NCBI GenBank assembly: GCA_051362555.1
Contig: CM120642.1
Coordinates: 31,310,001 to 31,374,000 of the forward strand
Direction: 5' to 3'
Source: Lingula anatina
Lineage: Eukaryota; Animalia; Brachiopoda
Length of the DNA stretch: 64,000 bases
Part shown: one piece after another, positions 42,479 to 54,814 of the stretch
Layout of the letters: each line of letters begins with the position of its first letter
Numbering within the stretch: the stretch's first letter is position 1
Position numbers and translations under genes: made by a program
Notes under the pieces: model-generated
The model's input: the letters and a program-made list of their open reading frames with translations, nothing else
What the model was told of the DNA's origin: nothing
Databases searched by the model: none

Positions 42479-42705
42479 GATTCCTACCCAGCAGTTACTA
42501 ACTGAAGAACAAGGACTTTCAGTAGAAAATCAATTGAAAGAAAAGGACACTTGGGACATTTCGAATGAAATACGGGAATCAGTGATAACTGGACAGTTTG
42601 TGAGTTTTCACGCTAGTGACATTTTGCTTTTGTAAATTTTATATGCGTACAGGAAGGAGGCTTTCAATATAGCTTTTACTGAAAAAAATTTAGAAACTAT
42701 TCCAC
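42479..42705 (+). other. Probable 5' UTR part of the large protocadherin exon, entered through a splice acceptor
   Basis: Strong polypyrimidine acceptor ttttatttttattccag|GA ending at 42478, 227 nt before the ATG. Two short uORFs lie within it (42565-42585, 42643-42672). A weaker alternative acceptor ends at 42652. Confidence 0.55.
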
Positions 42706-45546
42706 ATGGCTTTTGTAAATATGCCATCAAATATGAGGTTTTTCACCTGTGTTGTGCTAGCCTCAGTTCTCATTATTCAGAGTGGTGCCCAAACAGGGCC
42801 TGGCATCCACTCTAAAGTCAGAGAGGGGGGTTCAGCGGGGCTCTACGTGGGCAACATTGCCACGGACGCCAACTACACCCGGCGTTTTAGTGACCCTGTG
42901 TTACAACAACTCCGGTATAACTTCCTTACTCAGGGCTACCCAGGAACCCGATATTTTAGACTAGATAACCAGACTGGCGTTATCAGGACCTCGGAAACTA
43001 TTAACCGTGAGGAAGTCTGTGCTGACGATCTCTCAGTACGCTGTTTGGTCAATTTGGCTGTTTCTGTGAAAAATGTTCCAGTGCAATATGTAGAAATAAT
43101 CAAAGTTCAGGTGGAAATTGAGGATACCAATGACAATTCTCCCAGCTTCCCGAGTGACAGTTTAGACTTTGAGGTATCTGAGTCTGTGTCTGTTAATCAT
43201 ACTCTCTTCACTAATGGTGCTACAGACCCTGACTTTGGAACAAACTCAGTGCAACATTACGAGCTGCTTCCCCAGAATTCTGCCTTCGGTCTGGTACAGC
43301 AAACCACTGTAGATGGAGCCACTGAGCTTGGGCTCCGCGTTCTTCAGCCATTGGATCGAGAAACCACAGATTCATACTCTCTCACAATAATTGCCAGGGA
43401 TGGCGGAGTGCCTGTACGCTCGGGGACAGTGAGAATAAGTATCCAAGTCCGAGACATCAATGATAACACTCCAGTGTTTGACCAAGTAGATGGATATGAG
43501 AAGTCTATTACAGAAACTGCTGGTCCCAATTTCTCTGTCTTAACAGTCCATGCTTCTGACCCAGACGAAGGTACTAATGGTGAAATAGCTTATTCCTTCA
43601 GTAGTGGTACCTCAGCTAAGATTCGAGCTCTGTTTGATATCAATTCCAATGGGTTAATAACACTGAAAGGCAATGTGGTATATGATGACAGTCCTTACCA
43701 GTTCACAGTCTATGCCACAGACCAAGGTACCCCAGAGGCGCGCTCGGCACGCACCACTGTCACTGTCAACGTCGTGGATGTCAATGACAACGAGCCTCTT
43801 ATTAACATCAACATTATCTCCTCCAGTCCCGAGCCTCAGTACGCTGGGCATGCAGTCATGTGGGAATCGGAAGGAGCAGGAAAATATGTCGCTCACATGG
43901 CCGTCTCTGATGCTGATAGTGGGCCCAATGGCCAAACCAAGTGTGAGCTGGCAACGCAGGACTTTAGACTTGTTAAGTATCCCAATGATGATAACATGTA
44001 TAAGATTCTCCTCGATACAGATTTGAATCGAGAGGAGCGTAGTGAGTACAATGTGACTGTGAACTGCTGGGATGAAGGCAGCCCTCCACTGAGGTCTTCT
44101 GCAAGTTTTCTTGCAATCGTGTTAGACGAGAATGACAATGATCCAGTGTTTAGTCATCAAATTTACGGTGCACAGATCGAAGAGAATAATGCTGTTGGGG
44201 CTCTTCTGGTCACTGTCAATGCCACAGATGCTGACATTGGGAATAATGCCTTAATTAATTTCCAACTTAGCTCAGGCGCCGGTGGTTTGGTGACCCTTGA
44301 CCCATCCACTGGTGAGATACGAGCCAAGAAGCAGTTTGATCGGGAGACAACGCCTTCTTTTGAATTCCACGTCATAGCTGCTGACAGTGGTTCTTCTGCC
44401 AATACTGCCACTGCGACAGTTAGTGTCACCGTCCTGGACCAGAATGATGAAAGCCCAGTGTTCAAGGGAAGCAACCTCCCATATGAGTTCAGAATTAAAG
44501 AAAACCAGACCAGGTATCAATACGTGGGAGAAGTATTTGCTGAAGATCGCGACGAGGGCAGCAGCGGTCAGGTGTGGTACGGACTGGACCCCAACAGTGA
44601 GGGAGCAGAGCTCTTCACCATTGAGCCCAACACTGGGAGGATAACAACCAATCAGAGCTTAGATCGGGAACGTAAAGGTAGTTATCGATTGGTTGTCATT
44701 GCCAGGGACAGAGGTACAACAGTTCAGAGCACAGCCATTGAAGCTGAAGTCATTCTCCTGGATATAAATGATAACCCACCTAACATCATATATCCCTATG
44801 GTGATAACAACACGGTGTCCCTGTCATATGGGACCCCAGTGGGAATCACCGCAGCAACCATTGTGGCAGAGGACATTGATTCCGGGGTCAATGCTGAACT
44901 TGTATACTCGTTAGATAAACCCGACTCACACAATATCTTCAGAATTGACCCTGCCACGGGAGATATCATCATTTCACGTGAAATGCGCTTAGATGATATA
45001 ACCAAGAGCAGGAGCCGACCATACAGACTCGTTGTTGCTGTAACTGACCAGGGTACCCCCTCAAATCAAGTCCTTGTCGATTTTTACATTCATGTCACCA
45101 ATGATCCTTACGTGCCTCTAGTTGGTCCTAACAAGAGTCAGATGGGAGAAGGTTTGGGTCAAAATTTAATCATTGTTATTGTATTAGCCACCGTGTCAGC
45201 CATTTTGGCCATCATCCTTGTCATCGCCATTATTATGATCAAACGACAGAACAAAGACAACCATGCATACAACTGTCGTACTGAGGCACAGAGAGCCCTC
45301 AATGGCAGTAAACGCTCTTTTGGCAGCAATAACAGTAACAATAACGACTACAAGCCAGAGGAGAGCGGCCAGTGTGTCATGAGAGAACAGCAGCTAACCC
45401 CGCGATCAGAGTCCAGCCTTCTTGGTCGTCCCGATGGGCAGGAGATGAGACAGTCACCAGGGGGCGGCACTCTGTCTGGTACTGAGATTTCCACGTTCAA
45501 GAGCCATCCATCCTTTACTTCTTCCATAGATCAGAAAACACTCGAG
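42706..45546 (+). CDS. Protocadherin (delta-like, 7 cadherin repeats), coding exon 1: signal peptide, EC1-EC7, TM and juxtamembrane tail
   Basis: 966-aa ORF. It has a signal peptide (MRFFTCVVLASVLIIQSGA), six DxND(N/E)xP linkers (DTNDNSP, DINDNTP, DVNDNEP, DENDNDP, DQNDESP, DINDNPP) defining 7 EC repeats, and LDRE/AxDxG motifs. EC1 carries a Cys loop (EEVCADDLSVRC), and the TM is NLIIVIVLATVSAILAIILVIAIIMI. Donor GAG|GTAAGG at 45546/45547 is phase 0. A whole ectodomain on one exon is typical of protocadherins. Confidence 0.96.
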
Positions 45547-48500
45547 GTAAGGAATATTGTGATTACTTGTAGTAAAGTGGCCATTCCACAATATTTAACT
45601 TCCTAATATGTTAACATAAATTTAATACTAGTCTTTCAATTTTTTTCTGAGAATTAAAATAAAGTGGGATTGCTTCCATTTTTAACCTTTTACGGGACGT
45701 GAAAAATATTGTTGAATGGCCTAAAGCATAAAGTGATAAAGTATGTTCATGTCAGATCTATAAAAGTGTTTGTGTGAATATTCTGGTTAAAATGATAAAG
45801 TTGGAAAGAGTTGGGAGGTAAGGAAAATGTGAAAACAACTATGTAAGGATATTATATAAAATATCAAATGAGATTTTATTTGATTGTCAAATCCTTCAGT
45901 AAAAAAAGCCAGGCTGTTTTTTTATGCTTTCTATTCACAGTAAAGTTGTTTCATGTAGATTGTAAAATTTCTTTGCTTTGGGACTTTGGGAGTCTTGATA
46001 TACACACCTGTGACAAATTTGTTTTCATTCATAAAAAAGTATACGTATTCACAATACACTTTATCAATATTCTCATTTCACAAGTCTATGTGTACAACTG
46101 TTTCCTGTATTTAAATCCGTAGTTGTAGAAATAATCCCCCAATGACAATTACTGGTAAGATTGAAACTTTCTATAGGGGAAATTGAGGTGATAAATTTTG
46201 TATGAGTCTGTATTATGATTCAAAGTTCATTATTCATGCGAAAAAATCTGAAAATGAGTGGAAAAAGTTCGAGCATTATCCAGGCTTCTTCAAAAGATTC
46301 CTGTGTAGTTGAATAAGGGGTACTAAAAGCTATTTTCTTCACATCTGGTGAGAAAGGAAGCTCTCTTTCTGTCTTACAACAAAGAGCGGTGATGATAGCA
46401 AACCCTACTTTTCTGGTGGTTTAATGCATTGTGATGAGGAAATGTTCAGTGTGGGCATTCATTTGTGAAATTTATTTGAAGTTGGACAATTGTTAATGTA
46501 ATTGTTATTGAGGCGGAGATGCTATGTACACGATATAGAAGACGTGGTGATGCTATCTCTTTTCACCCAAAAATGTGGAAAAAATTGAATTAGTCGCCTT
46601 TTTCTCTTCTTATCCTGTGAAGATAATTGATTAAGATTGCTTTCTGAATCCATAATTTTTCTTGATCTTCAAGTTTTGTTTAAAAAGCAGATCATCTTAT
46701 ACTATGTAAATTATGCTTGAGAAAAGACAGTGAAAAGGGTACAGCAGTGTTGATTTTCTTCACACAAAATTTCATTTCAAAATAATTCTGCAAATGTCCT
46801 CTACAAAATTAATTTTGAAGGGTTGACATTTTTTGGACTAGAACAATATTTGACAAGATAATAGTACCTTTCAGGGCTAGGAGAAATCAAATAGAAAACT
46901 TCCTTTTGGTTGAAAAATAGATGTGGGCAAATATTTAAATTGTGAAAGGGAAAACTAGATAATCAGATGGGTTGATTGTTCATTATTCTTTTGTGCTAAG
47001 TTAACAACTGCATAACTTGAACCGGGTAAGGTGACTTTATATCTTCAGCAGCAACCTTCTTCTGTTAATTGAAATTGAAAGTGCACTGGAAAAAAGAATG
47101 ATAATACTTAGCTATTAGAAGAAAAGTGTTTTAAATTTAAAGTTTTAAATTCTGTTATGTCTTTGGTGTACAAGTAAACTTGGAATCATAAATCCTATTG
47201 ATTTTTCTATGATCATGAGATGATTAGATATTTTAGTAATACAATATTTATGTGGCAAACACTTCTTGGGATAGATTATTTATATAAAAGCACTTAAATT
47301 ATTAAGCACACAGTAACAATTTATTAGTAATATCTCAGAAACTTGAGCCAGAGTCCTAACTTCGTGTTTCAAAAAGAATTGCTGAGTCCCAGATATACTT
47401 GATTTTTGTCTCAATTTTAGCACCAGGTGCACGAGATCTGTTGATAATATTATATGAAGTGCATAAAAAATGAACAAAAAAAGATGAAAGTTTACCTTTG
47501 TAGAAGAAATGGGAATATTAAAATGACCCAGTGCTCTGACAGAATAAAGGATCCTTTCACAAAACCCAAACAAGCTGCAGAAAGTACGCTTACATTAGAA
47601 GAAAATATTTCCTTCAATGAAAAGCGTGTACAGAATCGCTGTATGTTTTGATTGGGTGGAAATCAAAAGTGCACATTCTTCGTATTTTATGCGGGGTTCA
47701 CAATGCGTGAAAATGTCCCTGCTTATCGAGTTTGTATACCAACGGAGGGAACCGATATTGACATAAGCCGTAAAACTGTTGACATTTATCCACGGCCTGT
47801 ATGGCTACAAATACACCAAACCAGCGAAGAAAGTTACAAAAGACATTTGTGGAGCTAGATCAACATATTAAAACTCAGGTGAATACATATCAATCCCGAG
47901 GTAAAATGGCTAATCCTGGACCCCGAGTGCCCTGCTTGGCCCAATTGTGGTACTCTGTCAATATCCATACACTCTGTGTGGAAACAGATCAAAAACCATA
48001 GAGAAACAGTGCACTTTTGATACAATTTAAAAAACATTTTTGAACAAATATTTCATTCTTCCTTTTGATAAGAGATGTTTGCATTTAATTTCATGTTGAA
48101 AATTCTATGAATGATATTGCATTTTTTTCTCATTTTCATGGCCTCTAAAGATCTGTTAATATTTTACACCCCTGCGATGCAAAGAAGAAAGAACTAATAA
48201 CTTGTTGTAAGGTGGGTCATCCACCTGCAACATTTATGTCTAGGAATTATGTCGGGGACAATCTAGTTACAAACCATGTAGTATAACCATAGCGTTGAAA
48301 TTGGATCGTCATACATTGTGCATTACATTTACACTAACAATAGCTTGCATTGGGCCTCTGTTGAAAGAGAATCATCCGTAAAATTCCTCCGTGTCTGAAT
48401 AGGGCCTTCGGTAGATTTTTATCTCCATCAAATATTAAATGGGATGTAGAAATCAGAAATGGTTGACGGAAATGCTGACTAATATAGATTCCGATTTTAC

Positions 48501-51500
48501 TTTGTTTTGGGGAAGAGAGTCATGCTTTGGCGTGAATTTTAGCTTCGAGTGGTTATAGCAGAAATTACGTGATTGAGTTACAGGAAGGAAAGAAATTGGT
48601 AGGCAGTTCATGATTGAACAGTCATCTTGAACTAAAAGTTTGACTTACCAGACAGGAGATTACTTTCTACATAGAAAAAACACACAATGAAAGATAAAAT
48701 TAGTCATTGCATCTTTGAGATGTGATGCTTAACAAATTCATTCAAATTCTTCACTTCTTATATTTACAATTTTATGAATTTTATGTTCATATTATTATTA
48801 AAGAGAAAGTTAAATACCTTCAGCATCAGTTGTAATTGGACTACATTTTAACACAGATGTGACAATTTTTAAGTGTTGTCACAGTGCTTCAGAGAGAACT
48901 TCCCTGCACAAATATTGAAAATTAAACCTTGTTGTAGCCACCTGCAGGATTTAGAGCGTTGATTTTTGTTTGAAATAAGTCCATAATATCACCATTTGTA
49001 CAGGCTGAAGACAATTCATCACGGCTAACTCTATGTAATCTTAATCCCGTAGATCAAAGAGGCTGGCACATAGGTGTCATATTTACACTCCCACTTCTGA
49101 CCAGGGTCTCTTTGTTCTACCTGGTATTGACCACCACCAGGTATACACATAGGGGTATTTAAGAATTTGCCTGGAAAACAAAACAAAAACTCCTCCACTT
49201 TTGTTTGTGTTGTGGTTTGTTTAGTTGGTTTTTCACACATGATGAGTGTGTTGATGACTTTGATTGTGGGCAGTGGATAGAATAGGGACTTGGAGCCTGT
49301 AGACACGTAGTTTGAAAGTAGGAGTCTAACAGGGTGATTCATGACTCAAAAACCAATCAGTTCAGACTCAGGAATGCTACGAAATGTTTCCGTCTTTTGT
49401 GATTTCTCTCGGGTCGTTAATTGAAATATTTGGCATTAGACAGGTGAACAGGTATTCTTTTCTACTTTGTAAATGTTGTAGGTACGTAAGTGATGTTGAC
49501 CCTTATTTGGACAAATGTTACTCACAAAATATTCCCTTTGTATTTATTTATTTATGCCAATATTTTTTAATAAATGAGAAGAAAAGTAGTGATAGATTAT
49601 TATTATAAAGAAACAAATGTAACTTTTTTACCAAGGTGGTAAGGCAGAAAAAAAAACTAAATTAATCAACAAAGAAGAATGGACTAGAAAAAAGGGGTCT
49701 ACTGTTGACTGCACAAATGGGGCTTGAAATCATATAAAACTGAAATTCTATCAGTTAAAAAACCCAGTGACCATGCTACCATTTTACAGCTGTAATTACA
49801 CTGTAACTTAAGTATTTTATTTTGTTAACAATGATGAATGGTCAGGTTAAAAAAAAAATTAGCGCAACTGTCTGTGTAGTCTAAGTTTCCACCCCTTTTA
49901 AGTACTTTCATTAAAGGCATGTAATAAGGTTATTACCTGACAGTTAACTGCAGTCAGCAGGTGGATTACCAGGCTTTAAAACAGGAACAACTACCAACTG
50001 TAAGGTTATTCTGTGTCTTTTATACCTGGCAGAGTTTAGGTCCTATAAAAATTGACAGATACTAATGATCCAGGTAAACGATGAATTCATTGTTAGATAC
50101 GGTTTCGGTCTCAATTTCATTTTGGGTCTCCGTATCATTTGTGCCTCTAAGTCTGTCTCCTGCTAATTTTCTTAGTACAAACTTACTTAGAGAGATTTAT
50201 GTTGTATATAATCGGTATGTGTCCATTGAGAAAACTTAGTTGTGTAACACAAGACTTGGATGGCCCAGAATTCTCCACTCTCTGTGTCATAATATGGGCT
50301 TTTAAGTGGGAAGATGGCTTCCCATCAAATCCATCAATTTTAAAGACATTCCCTCTTTTAGGTGAAGTAAGGCTGAATGTTTGATGAAAGGGCCATCTTT
50401 CTTCTTTCTTCAGGATTGTGATTAATAAACCACCTTGGCTTCAGTTGTGCTTTGCCAAGAGAAGCCAACAAAATTCAAATTTCTGGAATAATTTAATTCA
50501 TTTTTTAACATAAATAGTACTCTTTTTTCAAAGGTAGAAATAATTGTGCTGATCTTGGCAAAAAAATTTTTTTTAACATCAAACAATATAGAAGATGATA
50601 GCGCTCAAGGTATCAATATTAATAAATGCAAAAAAGAATAAAGGTAGCAAGACATCAATTTCAAGAGCAATTTTCTTTCAGTTAATCAGAATACTGATTT
50701 ACATGTAAAAAAAAATACTCAAATCTCATATAAAAACAAACATTGATGGACAGGCATAAAACAAGAATGTTCACACTGTAACAAAATATGACACAGATAC
50801 TATTGAAAATATCGAAATGAATTCATATTCTCTACCCCTCCCCAGCTCCTCATATGAGCACTTCTGGATGGAGGCATAAGTTGTTAAAAATTAGTGATAC
50901 CTATAAAATTATAACATGACCCCCAGCCACCCACCCACCCCCCTCCCCTACCCTCCTTTCCTAAGTGTCAAACTTTGTGAGACATATAACTATTGAATCC
51001 TTTATATTAGTGTCATGCTTTTTCCTTGTCACATGTAACCACAGTTGGGTGTCTTATTTCATACCAGCTCAGTACTTGTAATACAATATAATCCCTCATC
51101 GCTGTGGTAGGGCAAAATAAGCAGTCAAATATGCCAACATCATTATTATAAAAGGTGGAACTATGTTAGTTGTCAAGAATTTCAGTTTCTTGATTTAAGA
51201 AAATAGTGAAAAAGCCTTTTTTATTTTTAAAACCAACAGATAGAAATGCTGCCTTGACGGAAAAAATGAAGGCTGTCGAACAATATGTCTTGTAAAGCAA
51301 TTTTTGAATGGTTCTGAAAAATCAAAATAATTAAGCAAAGAGAAACTCAAGTAATGAGAATGACAGTTAGGTCATTATAAAGAAGAACTGATGTTGTAGG
51401 CGTCCAGACAAAGGTGAGGGTTAACGTGGTGGGTATAATCCCTTCTCATTAAAACCCCACCTTAATCACCAGGCCCGGTAATTGATCATTTGCCCTCCTA

Positions 51501-53420
51501 CTCCTCAAGCTTAATCATTGTGTAATTAACTGATCATTAATCATTACACTCCAGCTCAGAGTCTGGTCACCCTATTATTATCTGATCTGATAGACAAGGG
51601 GATGGCATGGAGGGGAGAAAGATATCAAAATATTCCATTTCAAGGTTTCACAGTGGAGTCTTCTATCCCTTTTGTAAAAGACTTACTTTGCTGCCCTGTT
51701 TTTTCCTCGGGCATGGATAGAGTAGAAGGATATTGAAAGATCTTTGGTGGCATCCCTTTTAAGAAGCATTTTTCCTGGGCTTAATAAAAGAGACCTGTAT
51801 TTAGAGACTTGCTTTTTTTTCTCCTGGGATGAGATCAGTTTACAGGGGATCAAAGAGAATCGAGTTTATTCCTACCCACCTCCTTGTCTTCAAGGTGGCT
51901 CAATGTCTGTGCATGTGTCTGCCCCTGTCTTGAAGGCATCTCTGTCACCGCAGATGTTGGCAGCATTGTTACAAGGAAAAAGCTTAGGTTTTTAAGTGGT
52001 TTGAACTTGAGGTTGGGGCACAAAGTTTCCAGTGACTTAATTATGAATGTCCTAGGTGATACTTAGTCAATAGGTGTATGATGTGGAATGAAGTAATCCT
52101 GCTTTGTGGTGATGAACCAGAGATTAGTGTATTTATACCTTTGCCTACTGCTGAGTGACACTGATGCCACAATTAAATAGATTGATTCCTGTGTGCCTAC
52201 AGGTGTGGTATAATAACTAGTAAATCTTGTTAAGGAGAGTTAACATGTTTTTCTACCAATAAGGTTTCGAGGTATCAAATAGTTATTGAAGGAAATCAAA
52301 TGAAAGCAAGATCTTGCTACAATTATTATGATTTTTTAAAAAGAGGCATTCTGTCTTTGTTGGATGTGGTTTAGTAAGGTTATGATTTTTTTGTCACAAT
52401 TAGGATGAAATGTTAATACTGCCTCAAAACTCATGGTGGAGAAAAATTTCAAACCTTTCCAATTCAGTGTAATTTTCCACCATTCTATGATCATCTTTTG
52501 AAAACTGGTCTCACAGACAGCTGTCTCTCCCCTTGTCAAATTTTAATAAAGAAAAAAAAGTACCAGTGTTACAAAATAATGATAATGTGAAGTGCTAGAG
52601 GCAGATGTGTTCTCACATAGATAGACCCTCCACTGTTCCGTGACGCAGGAACTCCTAGGGCTTCCTGAGAGGTGCGACCAACAAACACTCCGCCTTATTT
52701 ACTGCCTTCACCTTGGGCCCAGCAAGGGATGTCCTCTACCCCTTAATTTCCTCACTGACTTCAGCGTCCACTCAGTGTCCACTCCGCCCTGGGGCACCTT
52801 GACAACGGCACTTAATGAGATGTTAGCCCGTGAGGCGTTTCAGGTGCATGCAGCCATCTTGCATAACCTCCCAGAATAAATAGGAATATATCTGTATCTA
52901 ATTGCCTTGTTAGTGTGGAGCACTGTGTTTTTCATGCATTGCACCTGGCTGAGAATAGTATTGTATTGTTTGTATTATGAAACAAATAGCAGAAAAGAAT
53001 GCCTGGCAGGACAACAGCTCAGCTTGAGGGGTGGTGTACAATACTGGAACTGTTAATAATGAGAATATATGAAAAATTGGAAAGTTAGGCAATTCTTTTA
53101 GGGTCAGGTAATAATTGATCAATTAAGAGATGGAGTAATATATTATCTGTGTGGTTGTTGTGGGTTATGATATGTACTAGGGGCCTCAAGAGCACGATTT
53201 GGAACCTGTTATAATATTTTTCTGAACAAATTATGAATGAATGCTAGTAGGCACAGCAAAATTGATAAAATGATTATTTCATTTCAAAATTGTTGCTTTC
53301 TTTAAAATGTTTGTTAAAAAGGGGCATGGAATTATTATATGTACATTTTCTAATGGATGAATTTACCTGATATATTAATTCTGTGTTAATTTAAGTTTTT
53401 AAATCATTTTTTCCTTGCAG

Positions 53421-53582
53421 AACCCCCAAGCTACCAGTTCCCTCCTCCAAGTGACTCCTGAGTTGATATTTGAGTATGCCAGGGACAAGCCCCAGGAGCT
53501 GAATGCCCTGGCCCTTCACAAGGTGCCCCAGAAAGGAAACAGACAGCAACAACCTTGGGTGCTCTCTCAGAAAGAAAAGGAG
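53421..53582 (+). CDS. Protocadherin cytoplasmic exon 2 (NPQATSS...SQKEKE)
   Basis: Acceptor ttttttccttgcag|AAC and donor GAG|GTAAGG. 162 nt, phase 0-0, open frame, in phase with exon 1. Confidence 0.85.
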
Positions 53583-53899
53583 GTAAGGGCATGGAATGGT
53601 TCATTCAAGTGTAAAGTGCTCTGGCATTCATTGTGGGAATGTTTTTTTTTTTTTTCTTCTTCTGAAAGTTGTTTACAGTAAATCTGTTACCATGAAAATT
53701 TGGTCTAACGAAATATATGACTGAAATTTTCTTTGGAACAGTAGTATACAAAATCACCTTCACTCAAATTACCTTGTCAATATTGTCTTAAATACATGAA
53801 ATGGGTAGTGAACATGGCAGTGTGGTTGGGACTGGTTGTCTTCGGATGTGGCACATCTACTGCAATTCTAGCAGTTGACCTCACCTCTTGTACTTTCAG

Positions 53900-54056
53900 G
53901 CCCAAGAACTTCTAGACATTTTAAAGAAGCCAGCTAATCAAAGTACCTCTAACACAGACATAGACAGTGAGTGTTCTGGAGAGGTGTCTAATACAGACAG
54001 TGGGAGGGGTCACAGCGAGGAGGAGACACAGGGCATGGAGGGCCAGCAAGTCAGAG
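53900..54056 (+). CDS. Protocadherin cytoplasmic exon 3 containing the CM1-like motif DSGRGHSEEE
   Basis: Acceptor ctcttgtactttcag|GCC and donor GAG|GTAGGG (phase 1). Encodes DSECSGEVSNTDSGRGHSEEE, which resembles the delta-protocadherin CM1 core DSGxGxS. Confidence 0.9.
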
Positions 54057-54284
54057 GTAGGGGGACGTGGTCTTATCATTTTTTCTATGTGCTTGTGTTA
54101 ATATGTTACTACTTGGATGGTTATTTCTGCAGAATCTTTTTATTTTACTGTGTTCAGTATTTACGGTTGGTTACAAAGTTCATAGTATCATAAGAATTGT
54201 GATATCAAATCTGAGTCTCTTATGGATTAAAAAGTTTACCTTGGAAGAATTACATATTAAGCTATTCTAATTTTCTTTCACCAG

Positions 54285-54814
54285 CCAAAAAATATGCACC
54301 AGCAAGAGATCCTTACCAGCCAAAATCCATACTCCATCCAAATGCTCGCTTCCATAAAAATCGCACGAGCACAGATAGTGGTGTTTTTATGAACAATAAC
54401 CAAGGCAACAAGAAAAACATTGGCCGAGTATCGCAGGTCCCTCCATGTGCAATTCAAGTGGTCTCAGAGAATAACGTGTGCAACCAAAATATTCCAAGAG
54501 TTCAGGGAAGTGGGAGGCAGGAAGCAGATGATCATGGAAAAATGCATACCAAAGTACATTTCAGTAGTGACATAGATTACCATAGCAACAGCGGGGACTC
54601 CAATAGTGAGCACAGGGACTCGGATGGGTTTTCAGACTCTGAGTCCACTGGAAGTGAATATTCTAGTGGGGATGTTGAGGAAGAGCTGAATGTAACTGCA
54701 GAGAAAATAAATGCTCAGAATATGTCTACCGTATCAGCAGCCAGCAGTTGCGTAGACCCCAACCAACTGTGCCTTGACATCGACCAAATGTTTTTTCAGG
54801 ACATGGTGGTATAG
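54285..54814 (+). CDS. Protocadherin terminal coding exon 4 (ends ...CLDIDQMFFQDMVV*)
   Basis: Acceptor ttttctttcaccag|CC. The phase 1 junction (G+CC = Ala) puts it in frame with ORF 54389-54814. It encodes a Ser/Asp-rich disordered tail; the TAG stop is at 54812-54814. Confidence 0.88.

Noticed and set aside
42782-45341. Overlapping alternative-frame and antisense ORFs within the large exon
   Set aside because: Shadow ORFs expected from the codon bias of a long, GC-richer CDS.
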